DNA of 64,000 nucleotides from Dendrobates tinctorius (lineage: Eukaryota). The notes under the pieces were generated by a model, which did no database searches, was not told the DNA's origin, and worked only from the letters and a program-made list of their open reading frames with translations. The DNA is taken from positions 19,654,001-19,718,000 of the forward strand of contig NW_027361821.1 in assembly GCF_039654945.1 (NCBI RefSeq), written 5' to 3'. A program made the position numbers and the translations under genes. Numbering within the stretch: the first letter of the stretch is position 1; each line of letters starts with the position of its first letter. Positions 40,981-54,435 of this stretch are shown in pieces.

Positions 40981-43211
40981 TAAAGGAGGTTACATGACTA
41001 GTTTGTCATTTAAGGGCTCATTCACACGTGAGTTTTCACAGGTAGCACTCATATCTCAGACAGTCTATGGTGCTGCTCACAAGTTGATTTTTCACGGACA
41101 GAGTAGTCCACTCAAAATTGTGGAGACTCATTTGACCTTGATTGGATCACCATCAGCAATGTAAATCTATGTCTATAGGTCTGTAGTGGGAATTGCTTCC
41201 TGTTCTAACACAATCATTCACGCCATGATGCATGAGTGGAGCTGTAACAACAATGCTGGCCTGTACAGTCAGTATCATACATTTACACAATGAACATTTT
41301 ATCTGATCCTTGTTCAAAGTGGTAAGGCTACGTTATGTACTAATAAAATAATCATGCCACCGTGACCTAGCACACATGGCAGCAGACGAGCCGTTCTGTA
41401 CTTGCTTTACAGTAGTGCTGGAAATACGGTACATACTGTGACTGCCAGCAGGCACATACCCAATGTCTCCAGCTCTCAGCACAGACACTGGACTCAAAGA
41501 AAATGCCATTCTGTCCCGTACCCAAGGCGTCTCTGGCCGACTAATTGTATAACACTGCACATTAGGTTTGTGCCTTTATGGAAGTAAAACGTGTCCACAC
41601 TGGCGCACCTTAATCCTATTGTGGTCTGCTGGCAATAATATTACGGCCTGACCAGTTATTGCCACGGTGTTCAGAATTTTACCAGAAAAAAAACAAGACA
41701 TGCTGGACAATTTGTGATGGTGCCATGCAGAAGAGAAGCCAACAGAGCCTAAATGCAGTGGGGTTGCTCTGCGTTCAGAAAGGATTTTTTTAATTCATGT
41801 GTATGCAAGATTGTTACACCCTAAACACAGACCAATGTGTATCACCACAGTGATGCCACACGTGTATTGGCAGGATTATCACACAGGTGACATTAAGCCT
41901 CTAAAAGAGGCCCCATCACCAAGTCAAAAGTGGTCATTTGTGGTTATTTTATTCCCCATGCTCTTAGTATTCAGGGGGGGGTGTTTTTTGTACACATTAT
42001 ACAGGTTCCAGAGCTATGGGCCTTTTTTAATTTGTACTGATTTTTATGGATGGGGCGATGCTCCCAGGGTAATAATGCAAAGCAGTCTGAAGCCTCATCC
42101 TTGCAAGCAAACCATAGCAAATTATCACTAAATAAAATGGTCCTCATCTCTGAAACCATATGGCAGATTTGGAGAAACAAAACAAAAAAAAAACAACTGA
42201 ATACTCCGGGGAGCATCAGAAATTAAAAGAAAACAAAAACCTGCCCACTTTTAAACCTGGTGACAGGTTGTGTTAATACTTTGCGAATAAGTTAGGATTG
42301 TAAGAAATCACCAAAATTACAGAGACAGACCGGTTCTAAAAATGACTTTACTATGGCCAAACCTGATTCTTATAACTGAACCTGTGTGTTGTAATCTGTT
42401 GTACTACAACCATCAGCAAGCCTACGCAAGCATGGAGCTTGTAAATCATTAGGCAAGAAAGCAGTATGCCACCTCTTCCTATAGGAATTACAGTAGATGT
42501 TCCCCTCCTTACTTATATATGAGGAGACAGAAACTGAAGAGACACGTGGGCCGCCACAGAGATACGGGCTGCCGGTGTTACTCGCCAAACGTGCACTCTG
42601 AGGTCTCCCCACTCACCAGGTCCTAGGGGAGGACAATATAGTCCACTCGTGACCACTTACAGGAGGGCTCAATCTCAGGATGATTTATGGCAGCCAGAAC
42701 TTTGTAGCAAAACAAAAAGTCACAACACAAGGTTACACAGTAAAGTCCTTCTCATTGTATCCCTGAACATCCAGAACACATCTCCTCTGCTCCATAGGAA
42801 AAGAAAGGCAATCACGGAAGAGTCGGAAACATGAATCCCAAAGAGCTACACGTACGGACCGACCGTTCAGAACATCTACTCACACTGCCTGGTATGTGAT
42901 GTCTCAGCCTGAAAGTGAGCAGACTCTGCAATGAAGAGACTTATAAGGAATGGAGGGCCGCCCACAAGTGAGTGACTTCAGGGAAAATCTTTAAAGAAAC
43001 ACTACCCCAACTAAGTGAAAGGCCAATAACGAGAAAGACGTGAAGGAAGTGACTCACTGATAAGCAGAGCTTTACTCCATCACAGTGACGTCAGTGGCAG
43101 AAGAGAACAAGGATGAGCAGTTACAAAATATGTACACGGGTTCTGAGACGCTCAGGCTCTTCCCCCAATAGCAGGACTGTCTACAGAGCACTATTACGAC
43201 TTGACAGGAAC

Positions 43212-43340
43212 GATATATATCTTTGTACCATGTTAGCCAGTAGATAGAAGAATATTCAGATTTGAGAGTCCTCAGTGGTTGATACCTTTTAATGGCTAAC
43301 TGAAAAGATGGTAACAAAGTGCTAACTTTCGAGACTAATC
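43212..43340 (-). mobile_element. Possible Penelope-like terminal repeat fragment
   Basis: Minus strand GTCTCGAAAG...CCATTAAAAGGTATCAACCACTGAGGACTCTC resembles vertebrate Penelope repeat ends (from memory, not a search). Confidence 0.4.
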
Positions 43341-44241
43341 CAAATAAATATATGGAATGAAGGATAGGGGATGACACTTACCAGTTATGGAAAGTGGACA
43401 CTCAGGCCAACTCATTTAGAGCTAAAATTTAAAAGGATATGCAAGTGTCACATGAAAGGCTTCAATACAGGAATTTGCAAAGTACATTTGCCATAATAGT
43501 GAAAAATGTAAAACAATCCTCAAGTTACAGGAAATACTCAGCTATGTACAAGAAAAAGAAAAAACACAGCGATGGTGATCAAAATGACAGACGGTAGGGG
43601 TAGGCATTCATACACGCACACCTCCTATAAACGGCCATAATTATGGTCTGATATTCTAATGGGATGTTCTTCTGGAAAGAGGAAGGTTTTGAAACTATAT
43701 TGTACATCAAGTTATTGAATAACATTGGTCCAAGTACAATACAATTTTTTTTTCCATTTATTTATTTATTTTTTTTACTGGATTGCACTCGCCCAACTTA
43801 CATGCAAAGGTGAGCAAACTAAGTATGTACCCACAATCCATAACTGCTGCGGGGGTTTACATTTATGCACCGTCAAACCTGAAGCAGCCAGCTGTGACAG
43901 CATAGTGGATTTCTAGATATCTTATGTCCAATATGCATTCACAGTCGCCAGCGGATCACCCGCAGACAGACATGAGGCGTGCCTCACGACCGCAGCATGT
44001 TAATTTCTCTTACGGAGATGCTAGTCACCATAGGTATGGCGATTCAGAAGAAAGGGAAGAAGCATTGGAGAGAAAGAGATGGGACACAAAGTGCAGGGAA
44101 CAAGAGAGGAGATGAGCTGGTGTGACAAGGACAAGTAACAGCAAGCAGCGGAGCAGCACAGGGGAAAGGAAAAACACTGGCACTTAGCAGCATCCATTCA
44201 TCACCACTATTACCAACACTCCCAATATGACTATACCACTA

Positions 44242-44249
44242 ATATATAT

Positions 44250-44322
<73 letters not shown>
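44242..44322. repeat. Compound (AT)n/(AC)n microsatellite
   Basis: Alternating AT and AC blocks. Confidence 0.95.
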
Positions 44323-44323
<1 letters not shown>

Positions 44324-44902
44324 TTTCCCGATGCAAACTAGAATACAAACATAACTAGTTCCGTACAGTTTAATCACAGACTGTATGCTGGAATGGACAA
44401 GATGTCCTAAAGGTAATCAACCATTCATTTACTTGTGAAATGACTCAGAGGTATGATGCCCGTGTATACTGGCAATACTCTCGGGTGGTCTTTACATGTA
44501 TAGCTGCTAGAGGGGGGGGGGTCTGTCAGCAACTAACTCAAGATTTTCATAACCGCAGGTAAGTGCCACACAGGTTAAGGCAGAAGATTTAGAATACTTT
44601 TTGCCACAATCATCCTAAAATGACATTGGAGAATAATTATGGAGAGATGAATGGCTTAGTTATAGATGCAACAATTTATTGGCCCAGGATTAAATGACTA
44701 CTTAGGGTGGCATATGCTTCCAATTATGAAATTAGACCAAATGTAATTCACTTTTCCATAAACCACTATACATACGCTGCTGCACGGCCTGCTATTGGAA
44801 AGATGAAGCATGACTATATCAAATGGCTTCAATGTGACTTCCAGAATGCTTAAAATAGTCCCAAACAGCACCAGTTTAGAGGGTAAATACCTATTTTATA
44901 TA

Positions 44903-45540
44903 CAGTGAGACTAGAAAGTTTGTGAACCCTTCAAAATATTCCATATTTCTATATAAATATGACCGAAAGTAGAATCAGAATTTTTACAAGACTTAAATAC
45001 AAATAAAGAAAACCAAAGCAAAACCAGTCAAAAATATTAGATTGGTCTTTTTTAGTGAGGAATATGTTCATGTCACAGGTTTGAGTGATAATCCTAAAAG
45101 GATCATGTAATTTTAACAGAAAATTTGAAGGTAAAAATTAGAGTGAATGGGATGACAATCAAGTGAACAGGTGACTTGTTTTATTTAAAGAACAAGGATC
45201 GATCAAAATCTGATCTTCACCACACATCTGTCGAAGTACATAATGACACGAACAAAAAGACTTGGTAAAAACCTCAATAAAAAAATGGCAAACTGGTTGA
45301 TGGTCTTCAGCCTGCAAAGTTGCAAAGTGACAAAACCGGCTCCAAATACTTTGAATTCCACCAATTTACAGTCAGTTTATGTATGGATGATCGACCAATA
45401 AAGGTCACTCCAAGAGCAAGGCATATAACATTCCACAAAGGAACACAAGGTAACCTTTAAGCAATTAAAGGTCTCTCGCCTAAAGTGATATTGACTATTA
45501 CTTAGTGAAGAATGTGGCTCACAAAGTCAAAATGTTTGGA
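44903..45540 (+). mobile_element. Decayed Tc1-like element, 5' part
   Basis: TA|CAGTG...AAAGTTTGTGAACCCTT terminus; degenerate transposase start MTRTK at 45243 and KT.SK.F..HQ.TV-like text. Confidence 0.65.
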
Positions 45541-45575
45541 AACTAGAGTGTCACCAATCTTCATTAGAAGTTTAA

Positions 45576-45833
45576 GGGTGAGTGCACACAGTGCAGCTTT
45601 GCAGGTAAATCCGCAGGTAAAATGACCTGCATTTTGCCCTTGCGTTTTCACACCTGTACAATGGAACAGGTGGCAAACCGCTGCGGAATCCGAAGAATTG
45701 ACATGCTACAGATTTAAAACAGTGGAAAAATCCGCAGCATGTGCACTGCCGTTTTTAAAAGCCATTAGCTAACATAGTACTGTACATTGCTTGCGGACCC
45801 GCAGCAAAATCCGCACCGTGTACACACACGCGC
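45576..45833. mobile_element. CCGCAG-rich Harbinger-like MITE, family B
   Basis: TAA|GGGTGAGTGCACAC...GTGTACACACACGCGC|TAA. Confidence 0.8.
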
Positions 45834-47154
45834 TAAAAGTCTGGTTTTGTTTTTATCCTGTGCTTATTCTTCTGCTTAACTTCTTAACATTAGTTACATA
45901 CTGTGCGATTGTACTTTGGTAGGCAGTTTCATAGTAAGGGTATTAAAATAAGTAAAAAAAAATATAGATATTAAAAATCTAAATATTTATTGGCCAGGGC
46001 ACCTAAGCATTTAAGGAATGGACACATAGAAACTTAAGCCTGCTACATTCTTGAAAGGTGAATACTTTTTCAAACTGTTATTAGCGTTGGCAAAGCTCTG
46101 ACCTACAGGATAAACGCTTTGACCGGGTTCTTTAGACAGAAAGTATGTCTTTTTGGTTTTCAAGATACACAGTAATCAAAAAAATGTAACCCCATATCTG
46201 TTAAGTGGAACTCATTACTGTATGGCATCCCAGCCTCTGTTCACAGTATACGTTGGGAACTTTTCTTGATATATAAACTTTGTGCAATGTGAACATCTGA
46301 GCTCACAAGCCAAGTTTTATTTAGAAATATAAAATGATAAACAATTTCTTTAGAGTAGAAAAAACTTGAATGTATTCCTTTATAACTTTCCACTAGCCGC
46401 TTTCATTGAGCCATCAGCATAGGCCAAGTTAGGCAATACATTTATTTTGGCCAATTAGCTCAACCCTCAAACTCTCTTTTGGAGGCTTGCAGTACCCGAG
46501 TCAGTGAATGTGGTTGTAATTTAGTGCTCATAGCTTGTAGTACATGCTTTCTTCCAGAAACCTATTGGCTTACTTTTTAGCAGAAAAAGATGCCTAAATT
46601 TTGGCTTGGCACTTTTTTGGTGCAGTATTGCACCCCCTTTTCCAGTAAACCAGACCCTTTGCTCAAGAAACCTTTTTCATAGGCCACCTATTCCGAACAA
46701 GTGCCAACTATCCTTGGGTGTGCACGCTTATTACTTTGATCACCTAGTCAAGAGAGCCAAGTAATAAAATTAGAGAAGTCCTTGATTATGAAAAGTTTTT
46801 TTGTGTCCAGATGAACAGGAAGTGTGAAAGCATGAAACCACTGGAAAGTACAAGAACGGATATGATTTGGTCCATGATCTGTGAAATACCTGCATCACTT
46901 ATACCATTATAAAAAGTACGTTGAGAACATTTGTGGGCTGCCCCGGGATCCGATAGGTGAGTAACTACCACACTCCAATGTGTAATGCCCAATCACCCCT
47001 ATATAGTCATACTGTGCCACTTGGCAATGAAACCAAAGGATTGCAGCCCAACTAAGTTATGCTTTACAAAAATAGCTTAGGTAAAGATAAGACTGAGTGC
47101 AGGACCCCTCTACCTCCCAACGCCCCCCAAGGACTGCCAAACTCTTGACTCTTA

Positions 47155-47522
47155 GGCTGTGTGCACACGCTGCGGATTCATCCGCGCGGATTTTGTAAAA
47201 TCCGCAGGTGAAACCACAGGTCAAAAGACCTGCGGTTTTACCTGCGGATTGCTCTGCGGTTTGGCCCTGCGGTTTTTCAATTTTTCAATGGAGGAGATGG
47301 CAAACCGCAGGAGAATCCGCAGAAAGAATTGACATGTCAATTCTTTCTGCGGATTGAAAACCGCAGATAATCCGCGCGGAAAATTCCGCACCGTCTGCAC
47401 TGCGGTTTTTGATTCCCATAGGGAATCATTGTCCTGTACACCGCAGCAAAAACTGCTGCGGGTCTGCAGCGGCCAAAACCGCTGCGGAACCGCAGCAAAA
47501 TCCGCAGCGTGTGCACACAGCC
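47155..47522. mobile_element. CCGCAG-rich Harbinger-like MITE, family B, young
   Basis: Perfect TIR GGCTGTGTGCACACGCTGCGGATT with TTA TSD on both sides. Confidence 0.93.
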
Positions 47523-48440
47523 TTATTTGCTGTGGAGGAGAGCACGGTATATTTGTCATAGCTGGTCGTTTCACAATCAGTTTTATTAGTCAAAGGGCAG
47601 TGGGAGAAAAAGGAGGTAATCGGTCATAGCTTACCAGATCAACACACCACAAACTAGAGTAACCTTTCATATTGGCCTCAGTGACATAGCGACATGAAGT
47701 CATGGATTAATATGCTTACTGCTAGGAAATGTGTAAAACTAATAGACAAATTGTGATACAAGAGGAAAAAAAAAAAAAAAAATCACCACCACCACCATCC
47801 TGATATCCTAGAGGCAAGGCTGGCATTACGGTTCTGCGAAGATAGTTATTGCAATATCAATACTACAGCACATTACTGGGTGTTTACATAGTTTCATCCT
47901 ACTAATAAAAGCTACATCGTAACATTGATCAAAGTCTGACAATCACTTATACGCCAGCCTAAGCTACAGCTGCAGTGTGCACCCCTGACAAAGCTGCATT
48001 TGCCAGCAGCGATACGCATGTGAAACGCAACCTGCAGGACCCAGGTTCACAACTCTCTGGTATTTTTTGTCACGTGTTCTCTGAGCTTTATTTAATTTTG
48101 GTCTTCCACACTAATACATTTCATTTTACTTTCCATAATGCACTTTATATAGGCTTGGTACACTGTATTGTTTGGGGTGGGGGCACACTTGTACCATTTA
48201 AAATAGTGCCAATATAGTATAGGTGGCATGAGGGACACTCAATTTCAATATTTGTTGCTGTCTTTTAAAAAAAAAAGAAAATTAAAAGTGCGGAGACACT
48301 GCCTCTTTCGCCATATGGCACCTCCCTGTACCTGCCATCTCCCTCACAAAGGTCTGGCACAGTATGTCGGTATTGGGTTTGGTCTTTGGTTCTGGTACCT
48401 GTTTTATGTGCAGAGTTTTGTTCTGGTCAGGTATCTGCAC

Positions 48441-48704
48441 TAGTGTTGAGTAAAAAGGTTTAGCCGCCATGTTAATATTTCTGGGCCACAAGAACACTGC
48501 AAACGTTTCCTCTGTGGCATCCCAGGCACCTCTTCTGATTAGTAGGCCTTTGTGATGCCATGTTGCAACACAATGATGTGGGGCCCTACTAATCAGAAGT
48601 GGTGCCAGGGATGGCAAAGGGGGTTGGATGTTTGAGTGCGCTGACCCAGCAGTCAAAAAGTACCGATGTGACTGCTGTGTCAGGGTGATTTTTGCTCAAC
48701 TCTG
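48441..48704. mobile_element. Degenerate hAT-like MITE
   Basis: TAGTGTTGAG...CTCAACTCTG ends; internal hairpin CTTCTGATTAGTAGG / CCTACTAATCAGAAG. Confidence 0.5.
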
Positions 48705-49995
48705 ATCTGTATGCGTATTATATGTTGGCCAAGCAGAATAACTTAACCCTTTCTTTGTGGGTCATGCCTCTGGAGAGATGTCTCTGGCATGGGTGGCAGA
48801 AGAGTGGCTGGAGATGGCTGTCAGTGGCTGCTGAGGGGAGGACTTGGGTGACAACCGGTTGAGGCGCTTTTCTTGTGCCCATGGAGGAAACAGGTTCAGC
48901 AAGTTTCTAGGTTACAACTAGAAGCAGTTTATAGAGCACAGGGTGGCACCAGTCTATGAAACCTACATAGGAGAACAGGGCATCTTGTCTGGAGCCTGGA
49001 GATTGCATTATTACCATTATTTACTGTTGGTAAAACAAATATATAGTGTTTGATAATCTCTTTAAGTGCACAGATTCAGAAAGCAATGACAATTCTAGTT
49101 AGAGCATAGGGTACACAGAAATATTAGTTGGGATAGCGGTGACAGTGGCTGTAGGGCAGCATTCAGATGTTATACAAAAATCATAGACTCTCTCTTTTAC
49201 AAAGTGAGACATCTCAGACATAGTCAGCAGCTTCCATTCTCAATGACCTGCAGTAACCTTTGTGGAGCTGGCAGACAGGATGCATGTGATCCTCCCCGCA
49301 GCACTAACATACATAGTATGTCAGCACCGCATCATCCAGAAGGAGGTGCCATATATACCAGGCGGAAAGGAAACTTCTCATGGAGGAGGAGGAAGTACAG
49401 AGAGGGAAGCCATGTATGCCCCTTGCCCAAATCTGAATACTTTATATCAAATTCTAAAATCAATGTTATGGCAGATCATAAAGGTATACTGATATAAAAC
49501 CAATAGACTATACAAACTATTACATTAAGCGCTCGTGGTGGCTTATTTTTTACTCTGCAAATTGAGGCCATTACATTTTCTTTTTAATCACATACAAAAT
49601 CCTTATATGAATTTTACAGAAAATCACAAGGTAAAAGTTTACGCCGATTAATCATACTGCATAATGCCAGAACCAACAAAAATATTTATAGTGCACCTGG
49701 TATAGAGTAGTTTTCTAATGGTCACAAGAAGCAATAACTCGGGTAGCTGATGAAATATCCAAATATATGGAGGAAAAAAAAAATACTAAATTAAATAAAG
49801 ATTTTACACAGCTCGTTTGTGGGTTTTTGTTTTTTTTAAATCTGGTCCCTAATGGGATTGTCTGGCACTTGCATATTAATGACCCATCCATAGAATAGTT
49901 TATCAATACGATCAGGAAGTTGGTCAGAGAGGGTCTGACACCCCCACCGACCTGCAGATATCTACTTCAGTGGCGGCTGAGTGAGAGCAATGTAA

Positions 49996-50316
49996 GGCCA
50001 GGTTCACATAGCGTTATAGCAGTCCATTCAAGATTCAAGGCATGCGTTAGACGGAATGCGCCAACGCTACTTCATTTTTGGATCGCGTTAGCGCAGTTTC
50101 TCCATCTGCACTAGCTGTGACAGACCCTCGAACGCTGCACACCACGTCTGAGGGTGGGTCACAGCATGACGGCACATCACTAATGCATGCCGATTTTGAC
50201 ATGCATAAGCGATGCGCCACGTTATGGCAGCGTTAACGGATGCATTACATCGCGCTAATGTCGCGGTGTAATGCAATCTGTTAAACGGACTGCCATAACG
50301 TTATGTGAACCTGTCC
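49996..50316. mobile_element. Harbinger-like MITE
   Basis: TAA|GGCCAGGTTCACATAGCGTTAT...ATAACGTTATGTGAACCTGTCC|TTA. Confidence 0.85.
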
Positions 50317-50559
50317 TTAGGAGAGAAGCACCACTGCTCCATACATTGCTTAGTAGCCTCTGCAGACTACTGCTGTTTCTCTATTACACATAGTTCATCC
50401 ATATGTATGGTAATTTCCTGACCATGCTAACATTTGTGAATTTATAATTTTTTAAAAAAATAAAATCTAGAAAAATGAACAAATGGCAAACCCAAACTCT
50501 CATTTTTATTAGATAAAGGTTATGCCCACAAACAGGGGGAGGGGCTGGTTGTGGAATGT

Positions 50560-51330
50560 GCCAGATCTTTTAGCAGTTTATGAGATCCACAAATTTAAGG
50601 ATATCTTCACCCCTGGAGGTCTCAGGCGGTAGATATTGTGGTCATGTTTCCTACTGCGATTTTATCTTTCAATAGAAATGAAACATGGCATGGATAGCAT
50701 CCTCCACTGGACCTACATTAAGTTGGAGGGGCTAGAACAGCCTTACGATGAAGTGTTTGAATGAGTTATGTTCGCAGCTTTGCTACAACGCCAAAAATAT
50801 ACATAAATATTGGAACGATGCAAAACCCAATATTCACCACTGACCAATGGCTCAGGGAAGTCCATGCTTTGAACAGAGGAAGCTTTTGCCTCGAAAGGGC
50901 ACTTCACCTTTGACTATATGATTTCTAGGCTAGGTGTCAGGTTCTCAAAGCAGCTCTCCATTTGTAACTACATGGTCACTGCAGGAGGCCCCACATTAAT
51001 GGAGGTTTCAGGGGCATCTCTCTCTCTCAATTCCCCAGTTACAATTAATCCCAAATATTCAATGTGAGGATATGTCCCCCCTCTGGAGAGGTCTTTATGC
51101 ATTTTAATTTTTCTTTACAATACACTGGTTTAGCAATAAATACATTTTAGTGATTGTGCTTCATTAAATGATAGCCTGCCTGGCGATCAGCCTATAGCTT
51201 TACAAATGGCTTCTCTTAGCTAAAATCTAAACCATGCTACTTAAAATACATGGATGCCCCAAGCTTGTTTGAACAGAACTCACTCTCTATTTTGGCTAAT
51301 AGAGGGGGCACCCTTGATGACAACAGTCAA
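50560..51330 (-). mobile_element. Possible highly decayed L1/Tx1-type RT fragment
   Basis: Minus strand HQGCPL (about 51320-51302, compare RQGCPLSP) followed by IEYLGL (about 51065-51047). Confidence 0.4.
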
Positions 51331-51904
51331 TCTGTAAAAGCACAAAATGGTCTGTCTCAGACTTTTGCACTAAGGATCAGTCATCAATAACAGGTCCTTC
51401 TACCTCTGAGCTGTTACCAGGTCTGAAGTACAAAATGTATGAAGCTGTAATGTTCAGAATTTGCACACTGAACTTTTGGCAGCTGCAGGTCCTCTTAACA
51501 GTGGATTGTTGGCGGTGTTGGACCCCTTACAATCTGATATTGATTACAGTAGATCATGAATATCGCAATCCTGGACAAGCCTTTAATATGCATTACTGAA
51601 AAATGATCAAGTTATCTTTGTGTAGATGGCAAAGGACTCTTGCAAAAAGTCATGCAATACAATGTCACTATGGAGGTCCGAAAGTCTATAAAATATGAAT
51701 ATAGCATAGTAAAATGAAACGGAGGGAACTTCCAGCGCCACATAAGTGCAATCCTCTCTACAATGATTAGAAATCAGTGAGAAGTGTGTACACAGATAGG
51801 ACGCTGCCAACTCAAACTGCTGGCATAAAGTTAGTTATGAATCTGACTGCCACAGATTAAAGGGATATTCTCCAAAATAACAATGTGATCTTATAAAGTA
51901 CACT

Positions 51905-52000
51905 TTAGATTGTGAGCCCCATCGGGGACAGTGCTGATAATGTGTGTATAGCGCTGCGGAATATGTTAGCGCTATATAAAAATAAAGATGATTATTATTT
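51905..52000 (+). mobile_element. L2-type LINE/SINE 3' tail
   Basis: TAGATTGTGAGCCCC..GGGGACAG..AGCGCTGCGGAATATGTTAGCGCTATATAAAAATAAA followed by a (ATT)n tail. Confidence 0.7.
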
Positions 52001-53353
52001 ATTAATTACACTTGTTAGGATCAATATAATTCATTTAAAAAATCTACCGTTTTGTAGAAATCATCCCCCCGCTCCAGTTGCCATTGGCTCCATCTTGCTG
52101 GAGGTCCAGCACTCCTGGTTAATCACGTGCAGTCACTCCCAGCTTACACCTTGCCCCCACAACTCTACCTCCACTACTGTTGCTTTTACACACACACTAC
52201 TTAATACTGTATGCACAGTACAGTATAGTCCAGGCCAAAGAGTATAAAATAGGTGGCACTCCGTGATGCAGTAAAACAATCCTTTCTTTATCCAATGCAA
52301 GTAGTACATGGATGCAGGGGAGCAGGTGCAGCGAAGGACGAAAGGCAGGGGAGATGAGCTCTGCAGAAAACCAGCACAAAAATATAAAAACTCAGGTAGC
52401 AATACTAACATAAGTGCCAGGGAAAAAGAAAAGCTGGGAGAATTGTATGGAGAAGCATACACTGCACAGAAGACTATAATCAATTCTACACTTAGGTTAG
52501 ATCAAATTATATAGCAAATATCTGTGGTGGATGCAGCCAAGACCCCAACTCAGTGGTGGGTATACTCACTAATATAAGAGTGGGATGAAGAGGTCTGCAT
52601 GGGAAGCAGGGCACTGCTGGGAAATGTAGTTTTAGCGGTGTAAGAATTGGACCCCAGACCCCTCATTCAGCTATGTGAAGCTGGATGTACAGAGGGGCAG
52701 ATAAAGATGAAAGACTATAAAAAAGGTACAAAAGTAACGTTAAGCTGGGCTTAGTCTGCATAATAATAAGCATGCAGTTACAGTGAGGGAAATAAGTATT
52801 TGATCCCTTGCTGATTTTGTAAGTCTGCTCACCGACAAAGACATGAACAGTCTATAATTTTACGGGTAGATTTTAATATTGAGATAAAATATCAAAAATA
52901 AAATCCAGAAAATCACATTGTATAAGTTATATAAATTTGCATTTTACAGTGAGAAATATGTATTTGATCCCCTACAAACCATTAAGAGTTCTGGCTCCTA
53001 CAGACCAGTTAGACACTCCTCATCAACTCGTTACCTGAATTAAAGACAGCTGTCTTACATAGTCACCTTTATAAAAGACTCCTGTCCACAGAATCAGTCA
53101 GACTAACCTCTACAACATGGGCAAGACCAAAGAGCTTTATAATGATGTCAGGGACAAGATCATAGACCTGCACCAAGCTGGAATGGGCTACAAAATGATA
53201 AGTATGACTCTGGGTGAGAAGGAGACAACTGTTGGTGCAATAGTAAGAAAATGGATACAAAATGACTGTAAATCGACATTTATCTGGGGCACCATGCAAA
53301 GTCTCACCTCATGGGGTATCCTTGATCATGAGGATGGGGAGAAATCTGCCTAA

Positions 53354-53858
53354 GGGTATGTGCACACACTGCAGATTCACCTGCGGGTTTTTTCCCGCGG
53401 AACCCCAGGTAAAACCGCAGGTAAAGTGACCTGCAGTTTTGCCCTGCGGTTTCACACCTCTACTATGTTAAAGGTGTGAAACCGCAGCAGAATCCGCAGA
53501 AACAATTGACATGCTGCGGAAAAAAAACCCCGCAGCTTTTCCGCAGGTAAAAAACCCGCAGCGTGAGCACTGCGGTTTTGAAAACCCATAGGCTAACATG
53601 GTAAAGTACCATGTCTGCGGAACTGCTGCAGTTCCAAAACCACAGCGTGTGCACATGGCCTAAGACCATGTGCTCAAGCTGCGTTTTTTTACCTGCGGAA
53701 AAGCTGCGTTTTTTTTTTCCTGCAGCATGTCAATTGTTTCTGCGGATTCTGCTGCGGTTTGCCACCTATTCCATTGTCCAGGTGGCAAACCGCAGGTCAC
53801 TACCTGCGGTGCCGCAGGAAAAAACCTGCAGGTGAATCTGCAGTGTGTGCACATACCC
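53354..53858. mobile_element. Two family B MITEs in inverted tandem (53354-53660 and 53664-53858)
   Basis: TAA at 53351, 53661 and 53859; outer ends GGGTATGTGCACACACTGCAGATTCACCTGC are mirrored. Confidence 0.9.
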
Positions 53859-54435
53859 TAAAACTACACAGGGTGAACATTTTAATGATCTCAAGGCAGC
53901 TGGGACCACAGTCACCAAGAAAACCATTGGTATCACATTATGCTGTAAAAGTTTAAAATTCTGCAGTGGCTGCAAGGTCCCCTGCTCAAGAAGGCACATG
54001 TGCAGGCCCACCTAAAGTTTGTCAATGAACACCTGGATGATTCTGTCAGTGATTAGGAGAAGGTGCTGTGGTCTGAGGAGACAAAATTTGAGCTCTTTGG
54101 CTTCAACTCAACTCGCTGTGTTTGGAGGTAAAGAAATACTGCCTATGACCCAAAGAACACTGTCCACACTCAAGCATGGAGGTGGAAACATTATGTTTTG
54201 GGGGCGTTTCTCTGTGAACGGCACAAGACTACTTCACCGCATCAATGGGAGAATGGATGGAGGCATGTACTGTAAAATCCTGAGTGACAACCTCCATCAG
54301 GACGTTAAAAATGGGTCGTGGCTGGGTCTTCCAGCAAGACAATGACCCAAAACATACAGCCAAGGCAAAAAAGGAGTGGCTCAAAAAGCACATCAAAGGT
54401 CATGGAGTGGCCTAGCCAGTCTCAAATCTTAATTA

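Noticed and set aside
47985-48014. Hammerhead-ribozyme-like motif CTGACAA-A-GCTGC-loop-GCAGC-GATA
   Set aside because: Both catalytic boxes deviate (CUGANGA and GAAA expected) and stems I and III were not found; at most a decayed Penelope-type remnant.
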